Shown here: positions 38,709 to 53,100 of the stretch, in pieces
Layout of the letters: every line of letters begins with the position of its first letter
Numbering within the stretch: the first letter of the stretch is position 1
Source: Antedon mediterranea
Taxonomy: Eukaryota > Animalia > Echinodermata
Reading direction: 5' to 3'
Length of the DNA: 64,000 bases
Assembly (NCBI RefSeq): GCF_964355755.1
Contig: NC_092672.1
Span: 2,728,001 to 2,792,000 of the forward strand
Program-made: the position numbers and the translations under genes
Notes under the pieces: generated by a model
Database searches by the model: none
What the model was told of the DNA's origin: nothing
Seen by the model: only the letters and a program-made list of their open reading frames with translations

Positions 38709-41567
38709 GTATATACAAAGGATATCAAGTAACAGCCTCTGATTGGATGCTGACTTGCACAAGATGTCACTTGTTATGCAAATTAGCATAGTAGAATAAT
38801 AGTTACTGGAACAGGATATAGGTATTTTAACCTGTACAGTATACTAGTCGTACAGAATATGGGCTATGAGGGTATAATTGTTGTACACCTTAGCTAAAGG
38901 AACAACTAAGGATATTTCAGTTGTGCACTTAAAAAACACCCAGTACGACGTGAGGACATATCGACACTAAGCACTGTATAATAATGTACTATAAGAGTGA
39001 TGCGTGCTATTTAATCATTTTGTTAGGCTTTGTGAACATGTATAATTGTGTTAGATCATTTTAGATTTGTAATATTACCGATATAATTATTTACTAGAAA
39101 ATGTTTATTGTATATTCATTATGTTAGGCCTACTATAATTTTGGTCGTCGTCGAGGAAGAGGAGACTGATGATATAGGGACAGCCACGTGACAATTCATA
39201 GGGATATACACGTGACAATTCATAGGGATAGCCACGTGACAATATTTATAGGGTCATGTTATACGTTACGAATGACAATACTCTATGTATATGCAAAGGA
39301 TATCAAAGTTTTATTTGAGAGGCGTTTATTCAAATAAATACCATCCTAATAATTAATACATTATTTAATTTAAACATCTTTTGAAACTAACTTCAGTGAC
39401 AGAGTGGGCCGTTTCGGCTCAAGAAAGAAGACATTACAGCTTGCAACATGGGCAGACATCTCGGTCCTAACGGGACACAGATAGCCTACAGTTATTCCTG
39501 CCAGCTTACTCAATATATAAAACTCGGCATCGGGATTTCACTCGATTTTAAACAAAATGTCTTATCATCAAATCTCCCTATGTAATTTTATAATACTATT
39601 CCCCACAATATATTCCGATTCTTTATGGCGTATATTTAATTTGATCTTTATTAATTTGCAGTATAATTTTTATTTTTTAATTATTCTACTACATCCGGGA
39701 TCTGCTTAAATCACCAAAATACGATATTTGTTATCACCCATCGGCGGATCCATGGTTTAATTACAAAAAAGACTATTTTACAACTCTCAACATTATTCCC
39801 TTCCTATACCATCAAACGTACAACATAAACTATAAATACTTTTAGGTTTGACAATTATAAATCTAAATTGCAAACTTACATTGTTGGCTTTAAAAGTGAA
39901 TTTGACAGGAAGATATCATAACTTGTAATAACAGGAATACATAATGATAGGCTTACAGTCAATCTTTGTGACGGTTTCATAGCAGTACTGTACCACTCCT
40001 TTTTACGGGTCAAATTTAATATGTGTATTCATATCACATATTGACGTTGGCCATGACGTCACAAAAGCTTTTTACGGTTTATGCCTTTTCTTCCTTTATA
40101 ATGCACAATACACGATTACGAAAGTCTGTAGATATTTTATTAAAAAATCCACACAAGTTATTTATACTTATAGAAAAGACACAGAATCATTTGAAATAAT
40201 TTAATTTATATATTAAAAAAACCCCGTAGAAGTTGTATATACCCACATAATTATAAACACATTTGATTAACCCTTGTTTAAGACTTATCTTAAAAATGCA
40301 CTTACAGTTTTTTTCATCTTTAAATATTTACTTACATTTGAGATTTACGAACGTTTCAGTATACTGTAATCGAAAGAGCGACACACAATAGCCACTAACT
40401 AACCTCTCACATCCCGACGACGACGAGGATACAAATTAATATGCTATACTACAATAGTAGTTTCTCTATGGTATATATTGGTGTCAGTCAGTACGCCCCT
40501 AGGGCTGATGATCAATCTGTCATCAAAATGACAGGTACAGTGTATTAAACAATTTGTAGCAAATTTCCAAATTGATCATTTTTACAACATGTTGAAGTTC
40601 AGTAAAGTGTAAGGTGTGATAAATTCACAGATAGGTTATTCGATCGCCAGGATTTTTTTAGAAAGTTACGTGTGCACATAATGTTAAGTTGTCTATTGCA
40701 GCGTCAATTGTACCTGCATCCTTACATTGGATATCAGCATGTGGTAAGCCAATAGTCACTATGGTGTGGAATGTATCGAGCTGTGCATTCCTATTGGCCC
40801 GATGCGTTTAAACGCCATATTTTGTGTCGAAACAATCGACCATCTAAGAGCATTATTGCACTGTTGAATTTAATGTTATACGTTGTGAATATAACATCAA
40901 CGGTTGGGGATATCAAAGCTTTGTTATACGTTACGAATGGCAATACTCTATGTATATGCAAAGGATATCAAGTGACAGCCTCTGATTGGATGCTGACTTG
41001 CACAAGATGTCACTTGTTATGCAAATTAGCATAGTAGAATAGTTATTGGAACAGGATATAGGTATTTTTTGTACTAGTCGTACAGAATATGGGCTATGAG
41101 GGTATAATTATTGTACACCTCAGCTAAAGGATATTTTAGTTGTGCACTCAAAAAACACCCACGTGAGGACATATCGACATTAAGCACTGTATAATACTGT
41201 ACTATAAGAGTGTGCTGCGTGCTATTTATTCATTTTGTTAGGCTTTGTGAACATGTATAATTGTGTTAGATCATTTCAGATTTGTAATATTACCGCTATA
41301 ATTATTTACTAGAAAATGTTTATTGTATATTCATTATGTTAGGCCTACTATAATTATGGTCGTCGTCGAGGAAGAGGAGATGATATAGGGACAGCCACAT
41401 GACAATTCATAGGGATATCCACGTGACAATTTATAGGGTCATGATCCATGCGACAGTTCTCATTATTGTAAGTTGCTACACATTGTCACTTATTTTGCAA
41501 TCATTTTCAATTTTATTTTTTTATTAATGCCATTATTTAGGATTAGGCCTATTTCTTGTTGTTTTAG

Positions 41568-44198
41568 ATATTAGGAAGATACAGAAAAAACTTGAATATA
41601 GACTTTCAATACAAGCCATTTAGGTGGTATATAATGTATTGTCAATAAAGGTCGTTGTGTCCCATTTATGTAGAGATTCAATGTACAACCATAGAAACCT
41701 TTTGTTTTTACAACTCATCATGTCCATAATACAGGACAAGTCGAAAATTCATTCTATGCGCATACAGAAAAATGAGCATGCGCAGAATGACTATTAGACT
41801 CAATAGCTGTGCTGTAAAAACAAAAGTGGCTAAGTGTTTCGTTCGTTCACCTTCACACCAAGTGTATCTAAAATAGCACCTGATTAATTTGTATACGCAA
41901 AGGCAGTTTGAGTAGCATTCTATAGGATTTTACTTGGAATATTTAGATGTGGTAAAACTTCACTTATTTTTTAATTTTTCAGATAATAAGCCGCCAGGGT
42001 TGAATCCTATGAAAGCAATGTACATGTTTGATGACTTAGCAATGCAACGTAATTACACCGGTGTTCCATTTTCACAATCCGTCCCAACGTCATTCTTTGA
42101 AAAAGTAAGTCAAAAGAAATTACGAAAACATGAAGATTGTTTGAAGGTTTGCATGACGAAGAAAAACAAAGGTTGGGGCATATCATGTTACCGTACCACA
42201 AAGGTTGGGGCATATCATGTTACCGTACCACAAAGGTTGGGGCATATCATGTTACCGTACCACAAAGGTTGGGGATATCATGTTACCGTACCACAAAGGT
42301 TGGGGATATCATGTTACTGTACCACAAAGGTTTGGGGATATCATGTTACTGTACCACAAAGGTTGGGGGATATCATGTTACCGTACCACAAAGGTTAGGG
42401 GATATCATGTTACCGTACCACAAAGGTTGGGGAATATCATGTTACTGTACCACAAAGGTTGGGGGATATCATGTTACCGTACCACAAAGGTTGGGGAATA
42501 TCATGTTACCGTACCACAAAGGTTGGGGGATATCATGTTACCGTACCACAAAGGTTGGGGATATCATGTTACCGTACCACAAAGGTTGAAGGGATATCAT
42601 GTTACCTTACCACAAAGGTTGGGGGATATCATTTTACCGTACCACAAAGGTTGGGGCATATCATGTTACCGTACCACAAAGGTTGGGGGATATCGTGTTA
42701 CCGTACCACAAAGGTTGGGGCATATCATGTTACCGTACCACAAAGGTTGGGGGATATCATGTTACTGTACCACAAAGGTTGGGGATATCATGTTACCGTA
42801 CCACAAAGGTTGAGGGATATCATGTTACCGTACCACAAAGGTTGAGGGATGTCATGTTACCGTACCACAAAGGTTTGGGGATATCATCTTACCGTACCAC
42901 AAAGGTTGGGGGATATCATGTTACCGTACCACAAAGGTTGGGGGATATCATGTTACCGTACCACAAAGGTTGAGGGATATCATGTTACCGTACCACAACG
43001 GTTGGGGATATCATGTTACCGTACCACAAAGGTTGGGGCATATCATGTTACTGTACCACAAAGGTTGAGGGATATCATGTTACCGTACCATAACGGTTGG
43101 GGATATCATGTTACCGTACCACAAAGGTTGGGGGATATCATGTTACCGTACCACAAAGGTTGGATGGATATCATGTTACCGTACCACAAAACTGACTTTC
43201 AATGTGTTGGGAGGATTAGAGTTTCTCTAAATGTATATTAAATCATACTTTGTTACAATTTATAAATTTCATTTTGTCATTCTAGATTCTTTGACGGCAC
43301 ATAGATTTTTGACCGACATCCAGATGACCTTGAAGAAGTATCAAGACAATTATGGATAAGAATGTGGTCAAAGGTCAACTAGTTCCAAGCATTTATTATT
43401 TCTATATAATATAATTATATTAACTTAAAAATAATTTTTTTAACAGGATAAAGAAATTTCAGATCCCACATCCGTTCTTGAGGTATGTGAAGATTAAATT
43501 TTTTTTTATAAAACTTTTTTTTTGGCAATCAAAATTACAAAAAACTGGATTAATATTTTTGTTGATTGGGGTGAAAATTTAAATTTAATACTATATTATG
43601 ATATATGATATGATATCTATTGTCATATCAAATCTACATCTTCAATTATTTTTAGGCAGTCCTGGCTGCTGGAATGTCTGAAGAGGTCGCTAATAAATGC
43701 ATGTCAAAGGTCAAAGATTAATCAACAAAGGAAGAGTTAAAAAGAATAACAGGCAATGCACTCGAAAGTGGTGTAAGTAATTTGAATTTAAAGTTTATTT
43801 TTTATTTTTAAAATTAATTCAATTCACAGTATATATTGGCGAGTCTGTAGTATACAATTACATATTCAAATAAAAAACGTGATTTTAATTTGTAGCCATT
43901 TGGCCACCATGGATATTAGCTCACAAAGATGGAGAAGTAAAGACATTTTGGGGAATAGATAAAATACCTCTTTTAGCTCATGTAATAGGTAAAAACGCAT
44001 GCAAATTATCAAATAATACTTGTAGTAGGCATACATTTAGTATTTTAAAATCACTGTATTATTAGCAGTATTGTCATCATATATTTGTCAATGTTTTCAT
44101 TTTCATTAGAAATTAATACTGTGATAATATTTTTTTTAACTTTTATACTTACAGGTGAAAAATGGGAAGGTCCATTAAAACCATCATCAAAATTATAG
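41568..44198 (+). pseudogene. GSTK1: GSTK1 pseudogene (exons 2-8)
   Basis: Exon 1 not found, exon 2 3' end disrupted, 13-nt deletion in exon 4, TAA at 43719-43721 in exon 6 and a 1-nt deletion in exon 7. The last exon is identical to the functional copy. Confidence 0.92.
42167..43190 (+). repeat. Minisatellite, about 32 units of 31-33 bp (caaaggttgggg(g/c)atatcatgttaccgtacca)
   Basis: Head-to-tail units without spacers. Confidence 0.95.
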
Positions 44199-45680
44199 TC
44201 TGCTGCCCTCAACAGATTTCAGTTTGTCAAACTTTTTAAACAGATCAACATTACTGTTATTTTAACCAAAACATTGTATCATGGTTTTCATTGTGATTAC
44301 AAATAACATTTGATTGTTTTTATCTACCAATATTATCTTCAGTGAGACCACTATTTTTAATTCACACTACAGAACATCAATTTAGGGTTTATTATTGTGA
44401 AAAATTGATTATAACCAAACTTTTATAATTTATGAATACTGTATTAAAATCGATATTTTATAAACAGAATATATTTATAAATGATGACTTTGTTGTAAAA
44501 TAATGTGAAACATTAAAGTAAAAGAATTATCAGCAGTTTATTTGCATAGAGTTTTTATTGGAATAGCTGAAGTAAAAAAATGACAGAAATTAAATTTAGA
44601 GTAAGTTAGGTCCATCCCCCCATCCATTGTATTCTCTCTATTATAACACGACATCTGTATCCTCACTTTAAAGTGATCTGAGCATCTAGAAAATAATTAA
44701 TCAAAAACACTCTTTGTATTAGAATTATTAGGTTGGCATTTTGACTGAACTTATCACTGGTACAAACTGAACATAAAGCATTACTTTACTGTGCAAAATA
44801 TTAAAAAATAACATTTTTGTTTACTTCCGGTTTAATTGATTAGGAGGAGGTGGATAGATTTTTTAATGAAAGTTTGTAATAATTGGTTTTGTTATGGGTT
44901 TGCTACTAAAGCTCTGTCCACACTGGGGATCAGCAAGTGCGATCAATTGTAAAGCTCTTTATTTATACTTTATGTGACACTCAGTTAAATATAGTTATAG
45001 TTATATAGAATCGGTGACTTTTATAAATATCTATAATTTTCTTTGAATGAATGATATTAACATGTTTATTTTAGGGTGTATGCTAACGCAAACTCTGAGA
45101 AACCTTGGGAGAAAGTATTGTCATTGAATAGTTGGGTACTGTGATTGGTCAGTTAAATTCCAGGGCAACACACATGCACAGTACAAACTCCCAAGACATC
45201 TTGGATGAAGAAAACAGGCCTCAAAGGTGTGTTTTTCTCCCGAGTTCAACAATGGACACCTGCGAAATCTCGGGAGATTTTCCTCAAAATTGTCTTCACA
45301 CTATGCAAACCTGGTTACAACTTGTTACATTTTTGCAGATGTGAAAAGGGTATTAGAAAACTAAGTTTTTTTGATGTACACATTTTTGTTACACTCTAAT
45401 CCTGATAAAAATTCATTATCATCCTGGAAAAGTAGTTCTCAGCAATACAACAAAACAGGACAAATTAGTAGTTTATATAACAACATTTATTCCACTAAAA
45501 TAAATATAAAATATCAAACCTGATTTAATTTTATTGTATAATATTATCAGTTAAAACATGAGACATTAATGTTAAATACTGATATTCAATATTTAGCACT
45601 TAGTTTATTAACTTCTGTTTAACTTTTCTTTAAAATATTATATTATAAATGGGGGAAAGATAAAAGGAAAATAAGGGAAA

Positions 45681-45756
45681 GCCAAAGGTCAATTGAAGGC
45701 CAAAGGTCAATTGAAGACCAAAGGTCAATTGAAGGCCAAAGGTCAATTGAAGACCA
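45681..45756 (+). repeat. Four 18-bp tandem units (ccaaaggtcaattgaag(g/a))
   Basis: Directly visible. Confidence 0.85.
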
Positions 45757-45932
45757 TCCAACATTTGACTACAAAGTATTAAATTGTTAGATGTAGATGC
45801 TAGAAAAATCTTTATATCAGTTTCACATTTTAAATTTTGTTATATACTTGTGCATGATAACGACCATTTTCAAGTTATCAACATCCTTACTTTTTGTTTC
45901 AGTCTTGTCTATTGATGCTGATGTCACAAAAG

Positions 45933-47009
45933 GGGTGTCAAACCTAAGACCACGAAAGCTAAGACCCCTAAGATAAGACCTAAGATCACGAAAGCTAAGA
46001 CCCAAGACTTAAGATTACAAATATTTATCTTTCGCACCTGCCTTGTATTTTAAATCCCAACATTTATTCTGAATACCACACCTTAGAATTGGCACTTTCA
46101 TGAAAAAGAATCACATAAAAAGTAACAAATACATTTTTAAATTGATGATTTTACAGACGTTTTTCTCGCACACAAAATGACTAGCCTACAGTACAGTAGG
46201 CCTACCCCATGTTCAATGTTTTTGTTTCTATGGAACGTCAAAAGAGCAAAAATTATATAGAGGGCTGAAAACTCTGTGGAGTCCATCTACAGTGTGGATG
46301 GAACAATGTAAAATTAAAATTGTAATGATAATAGTATAATCATGCAAGTACGAGGAAATAAATACTGGCAAATAAATTTTAATTAAAAAATCATGATAAG
46401 TTTTTTTGGTTCGTTTTCTTTCTGTTTTTATACTTGTACTATTATTGTTGCTCTTTTGGCGCTCCATAGAAACAAAAACATTGAGCATGGGGAGCTCGAG
46501 GAGTTACATTACAGTATACAAAGAAACACATCTGTAAAATCATAAATTTAAAGGATTTATTTATTTGTTATTATGTGTTTCTCCTTCTGAAAGTACTTAT
46601 AAGTCCTGATTTTAAAGTGTGGTGTTCAGGATAAAGTTAGTCAACAAATTTGGAGTCAAAATACAAGAAAGGCAGGTGCGTAAGAAAAACATCCTCTGAA
46701 CCAACACAATGGAGTAAATATATACTAACAAACACCCCGTCAACTTTGTTTGTTGTAAAGAAAAAATATACATTTACTCAACGGGCGAAAATAATGTGAG
46801 TTTATCTATGTTTTGCGGTGGTATTAAATTATATTTATGGTAAAAATAAATGAAACCTACTGTGTTTAAAATTATGTATGGATAAACAAGTATTGTTTTT
46901 AAGCTGTAGTATATCTTAGAATTTGTAATCTTAGGTCTTGGGTCTTAGCCTTCGTGATCTTAGGTCTTAGGGGGTCTTAGCTTTCGTGGTCTTAGGTTTC
47001 GTGACACCC
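45933..47009. mobile_element. MULE-like non-autonomous element, inverted sister of 22748-23842
   Basis: TIR gggtgtca and perfect 10-bp TSD gtcacaaaag. The internal sequence is the reverse complement of the GSTK1 intron copy. Confidence 0.9.
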
Positions 47010-47183
47010 GTCACAAAAGCTTATTAAAATCTTGATTTAACTGTATCTTCATATCAGCCAAAATAGCACGCCCTCTGTATTTTGCTCAGTCTCTGAGCAC
47101 TTAATTTTGTTTAGATCTTTTTAGTAAAAATCCTGTCCACTGTATCTGATAATTGAATAAGTAAAACCTAAAAAAGTACATCA

Positions 47184-50100
47184 TCAACTTCTTGATACAG
47201 TCTTCTCAGAATCGTCCGAACTCCTTTTTGTCTTTAAGGCTGTTTGTACAGATTGAACACCTGCATACAACACCTGTTTAACAGAGGGAGTGTACAACTC
47301 ACGTAGAAGCACTTTCAAGCATTCATCCGTCGCTATTGCCGTCATACCCCAAACTTTGTGCGCACCTCCTAGAAATACGGGCATAGAGTATATGAAGCTA
47401 AAATGTGTGGCCGTTTCAGGTACTCGATAACGGGTATAACGAGTGAACAGTGGGTCTGAAAGGACAGCGATGGGGATGCTGAATATACTTGTAATCTGTA
47501 TGTACAAATAAAAGTAAAAAGAATTTGATTGGTGAAAAGTTCTATAGCAGAAAACACTGATTTTGATTGGTGGGATGTTTTATAACAAAAGATTCAATTT
47601 TTTTTATTGATGGGATGTTTCAAAACAGAAAACTGTTATTTGTCTGTTAGGATATTTCATAATAGCAAAATACTGTTATTTGATTTGCGGAAGGTTCCAT
47701 AAAACACTGCTTTTGATTGGTGGAATGTTTCATAACCGAAAACCCTGTTATTTGATTGGTGGAATGTTTTACTTTAACAAAATGCTGCTATTTGATTGGT
47801 GGAATGTTTCATAACAGAAAACCCTGTTATTTGATTTGTGGAATGCTTCATTAGCAAATGCTGTTATCTGATTGTTTTTACCCTCACTCACCTCTGATTG
47901 ATTAAATTTTACTTGATCCAATTCAATTTTTCCTATGTTACATAAAATTGGAGTTACTGCAATTGTCTTGGTCTGTTGAAATAATTGAAAAATTAAAAAA
48001 ACAGAAGATGAAAGTTAGCCATTGTTTTTTTTAAAACTATTGTTACAGGGCCTTATACATCCCGGTATTGTGTGGTAGTATTACATCAAAAGTACATACA
48101 TAGTCTGGAATAGGGTTTAGCTTTCCCCAGACTTCTACAGAGCTTGGCAGGATGTCGATCTCCTCATGCATTTCTCTCAGACCAGTTGAAATGATGTCAG
48201 CATCACCTTCTTGCCATTTACCTCCTGGAAAACTGAAAAACAAAGAGAGAATGGAAAATAATTATTGATATATTAAGTGGAGTTTTTTAGCTGTGATACC
48301 TCGCTTACCAATTCCAAAGTCTTAGGTTCAAATCCTGTACAATGACAATTGTTGTTCTGAGAGACATATGTACAGTATACTACAGTCACGAATCCTAACT
48401 GTATGATTCATGATTGCATCAGGATTATGATATTTTAATTAGATAAAATGATTGAGTTCAACTTTACTTGCGCTAATGCGCAGCTAGAGCTAGATCTTTA
48501 ATTAAGGCTAGGTTCAACCATGGACCTATAAATTAGAAGTCCATGGTTCAACTAATGATAATGCCCTTGCCAATTGTATGACCCACAAGACCCCCGTCAT
48601 TTGTCCGTATGTGCGTTATACCTTTGAATACCATAATGCATCCGTGCGTAAAAAAATGTGACTAATAATTTATGTTTTCCTGTCGACGAATCGGCGATCT
48701 CCTACGTAATCATTGAAATGTTAACGATTTACAGGAAAAGGTAATTTTTTAACTAACAACGACGGTACAAAACGTCGGCGATTTACAGGAAAAGGTGTAA
48801 TAATCGACGGTAATCGACGCTACAAGTTGCAATCGTTGACAATCGCAAGAGTTGAATCCAGTTCAACTCTAGCGCAATATCGCAACGCTAAAACGTAAGA
48901 ACTGACCAATCATCTTGGAGATGCAGCACATGACGTCACGATGGAAAATTCTGCTGACTGCATTTATTTTTGTTGCATCGCGGCCAAAGCTAGGTCTTGC
49001 CAAAGTGACTATAAAATAATGTTTCGGAAATTAGGTGTGGGGATATTAGGTTAGGTATTTGGGCTAGGATAGGCCTACTGAAAACGAACAACCATCCGTA
49101 TAGAGATATTCAAGCCGTTTTATCATTTACCTCTGAATTAAACTTGAATACATTGCACTGAAGTGCAATACATTCAACTTAAGTGCAATTACATTCGACT
49201 TCAGTGCAATACATTCGACTTAAGTTTAAATGATTTGCACTGAAGTTGAATACAAATTTTAATTAAACTTAAGTTAAATACAATTGCACTGAAGTCATTT
49301 TGCCCAATTCGACTTCAGTGTAATTGTATTTCACTTCAGTGCAATACGATCGTGTTTTGGTTGATTTCACTTAAGTGTAATGTGATTGGTCCGTGTGTTT
49401 ATTATCGTCCTATTAACATTAAGTAATTTTGATTGGTCCGTGCGTTTTATTATCATGGTTTGCCCACGCCACGGCAGGCGCGCAAGTTCACTACACAGTG
49501 AGCCTAGGCCTATAGTAAACATTCTTTGGAGATTGGCTTTATTTAGACCAAACAATGGTGGATAATTGTAATGTAGATATGATTTCATATAAAAATTAAG
49601 CATGGATGATGTCATGTGATGTTATCATTGGCATCTCTTCATCATTTAATAGAAAGCGCACCGTGCTTCTACGTGTCCAATTTTATTCCAAATCTGCTAA
49701 AAATGTTATTTTCTGAACCTGTTTTCTTCATGTTTTATTTCGATAACGTCATCATACCAAAAATAAGAACATATTTGGGTCTCTTAATTTCACCTATGCT
49801 ACACATAGATAGATAATATTTACTGTATAATATATTCTATGATGGCACATACTAGGACAACTCAACAGATATAAGCGTATATCAGGTCATAGAATGGCAT
49901 ACATTAACGTTATGATCTCATTATTTTAACGTATTTTTTAGAATTAAAATGTAAGTAAAATTATCTTTCATTACACTGATCACTTTTCGTCAAAGTTACT
50001 TTATTTGCCCTCATTTTTAAATTTTCATGGTGACAATCATATTTGGCTACAAAATTCCATAGTGTTTGTATTCATTCCAATCTGTATAGATTTGACAATT

Positions 50101-53100
50101 TCCTGCTGTCATTGTCGTCAAAATTCCTGAATAGAACCTGATAAACCTGGGCATTTACACAATATAGGTTGCAACACACCTTTTACGACCTTGTATAGAT
50201 AATTCTAGGCCTTAGCCGATCGAGTGACGTCATTATTGCAAGAAGCGATCTATAGAAATACACTCAAACTGACCAATCACATTATACTTAAGTTCAAATG
50301 TTGGCAAATACAGTCAACCAATAACGTCCACTTATGTTAATGCATCACAGCAAGGCAATCTTGGATACAGTTCGGACGGGACTGAAACTACCGTGTACTT
50401 CCAACTGTGAGGTCGCGTGTGACAATTAACTTACGCCTCTGGCTATAAAAAATTAGAAAACCATCGGGACGAAAAATCCACCAACTTTACTGGTTGTTTC
50501 AATCCCATTCCAATTACACGCTGCCTCGGGGTGTATAATTAATCAAGCGTTAACGGGGTCATGTCAAATCGCGACCTCAAATAAGCTTTCTTATTGTTTA
50601 ACAATTATTATTGTTTAAAATGTTTTTTTTTCGTTAATGCGAATGTATATCTATTGTTTTGTAAAATTATATATAAATAATCAACTCGTTGGTTTTTTTC
50701 CGGTGACCTGAACTTGCGAATCGGTGGCTTATAATGTACATGTAACGGCAGGGAGTTCTGTATTGTGGTAGCCTGGTGTCTGTGAATTACCACATCAACC
50801 GTTCGGGTGTGTAGAAAGCGACGACCTCGAATTGGACGACCCCAACGACCCGGGCGACCTCGAATTGAACGACCTCGAATTGAACGACCCATAACACGAA
50901 ACCGACGACCCCTATAGCCTAGCCTAGCCTAGGCCTAAGTGTGGTATAACATCCCGAAGCCGAACATAGAAAAAATACAGAAATATCGCCATTTGATACT
51001 GATTGTGTCGACACGAACAAACGAAAAGATATGGAACGCCAAGAGTGCATCATTAAAACTGCATTCGACATATTAAAAAGAAATTAAAAAGAAATAAATA
51101 TTATACAACACATGGTTAAACCATGGACGTATAATTACATCTCGTCTTCTTATAATGAACACTATAGGCCTACCAAGCAGCGTAACATGTGCATGGGGGG
51201 ATATGACCGGTTGGGCCGCCGACAAATTGAGCCGCCGGTAATTTCTATGACACGGCCAGTGCGTCTTTTACGACATTTCGCGTAGTGATAGAGTGGTGTC
51301 CTAGTAGGCCCTACATAAGTTCATGGTCTTTAGGTTTATTGTGTCATGAAAATAAATAATAATTACATACTACAATTTTGTTGGTTTGAAACAGCAAAGG
51401 AAAGTAGTCATATTTAATAATTTAATTGTTTTTAATCTTTCAAGGTAAAAATGCAGTGCACTCCATAATATTTTTCTCGCGTGTATGCCTACCACGTAAA
51501 ATCACGTTGTCTCTCAGGACTAATAGAGTATTGATATTCTTCGAATGAGGTTAAATAATTATTTTTAATTTACTATCTTTTAATATCATATTTTATTGAA
51601 TTTTACAATGTTAATACACAAAATATTTTACTAAAAAACGGTGATTTTATGCAATTATTTTACATCAACTGCCGCCTGAGGGGGCCGGGCAACATGTTTA
51701 CGTTATTTTTGGCTAAAAACGATCATTTTCGGTCATGTTTTAGGCCTTATATTTTGGAATCTACAAGTCAGATATTCATAATTATTTCTCTTTAATTATA
51801 ATATTTAATAATATATACTAAAAACCGTGATATATAAACTTTGGAATATACATCGTTATATCTAATAATTAATATAAATAGAACTTCTATTAAATAGAAA
51901 CGAGCACCGGCGAAAGTAAGCATTTGGCGTTTCATAGAAAATAACGTTTTTCTGGCGGCGCCTCAACTTGTCGGCGGCTCAACTTGGCCTAATCCTGCAT
52001 GGGGAGGGCCATAAGAAAGCTTTACATTTCACACATGCATTGTATACGGTCAAACCATGGAGGTATTTTTATACCTCCATGGTCAAACCGTCAAACCTTC
52101 CCTGCCGCTGAAAAAGGGGCCTGGTTTGCCATGTTTATGATATTTCGTGTGCTAATCGAGTCGAATGCAGTTTTAATGATGCACTCTTGGCGTTCCATAT
52201 CTGTTCGTTTGTTCGTGTCGACACATTCAGTATCAAATGGCGATATTTCTGTATTTTTTCAATCAATTGCTTGCTTGCGAGTATTATATACGGTATGGTT
52301 TAAAGATCTTTGGTTATGTTCGGCTTCGGGATGTTATATCATACTTAGGCTAGGCTAGGCTATTATAGGGGTCGTCGGTTTCGTGTTGTGGGTCGTCCAA
52401 TTCTAGGTCGTCCAATTCGAGGTCGCCCGGGTCGTTGGGGTCGTCCAATTCGAGGTCGTCGCTTTCTACACACCCTCAACCGTTCGGCTCGCACGATAAG
52501 AGGGGTACAGTGCGTGTTAAATGGAATTTTTACAACAATTGTTCGGCTCGCACGATGAATACACGTGGTAATTTTTACAAGAGGGGTACAGTGCGTGTAC
52601 ATTAAATGGAATTTTCACAACAATAGTTCGGCTCGCACGATAAATACACGTGGTGATTTTTACAAGAGGGGTACAGTACGTGTACATTAAATCAGGGGTG
52701 GCGCCAGGATCTTCCCGACGCGGGGGCTACATTCCCCGACGAGGGGGCTATGCGAGCGAAGCGAGCATCACTAGGCTGGGGGCCAGGGGGGGCGCCAAGG
52801 GCCCCCGGTGGGGGTCCAGGGGGCGAAGCCCCCGGAAGCAACGCGTTCTAGCGTCATTTGAGGTCATTTTAATCAGATTTAGGGTAGCCATTTTTTATAA
52901 TGCATAAATAAAATACTAAAATACTGCGTGCAAAAAAACGATGCGCGATGACTGTTTCAATCTATATTTTTCAATTTAAAAAATAAAAGTTCAAAGAAAA
53001 TTTAGAAAAATAGAGTTTTGGAGGTCCCGGAAATTGAACTTATTATACTTCAAAACATGAAACAAAATATATAAGTCCCTATCAAGGTTGTGACTGAGCT

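Larger units (their letters stand above)
36050..41445 (+). repeat. Local direct duplication of ~1.7 kb (36050-37373 plus 38709-39255 versus 39710-41445)
   Basis: Collinear high-identity match. The first copy is interrupted by the 37374-38708 insertion. Confidence 0.88.

Noticed and set aside
42167-43190. CRISPR-like array of ~32-bp repeats and overlapping repetitive ORFs
   Set aside because: There are no unique spacers or cas genes and the context is a eukaryotic intron. It is a minisatellite and the ORFs are by-products.
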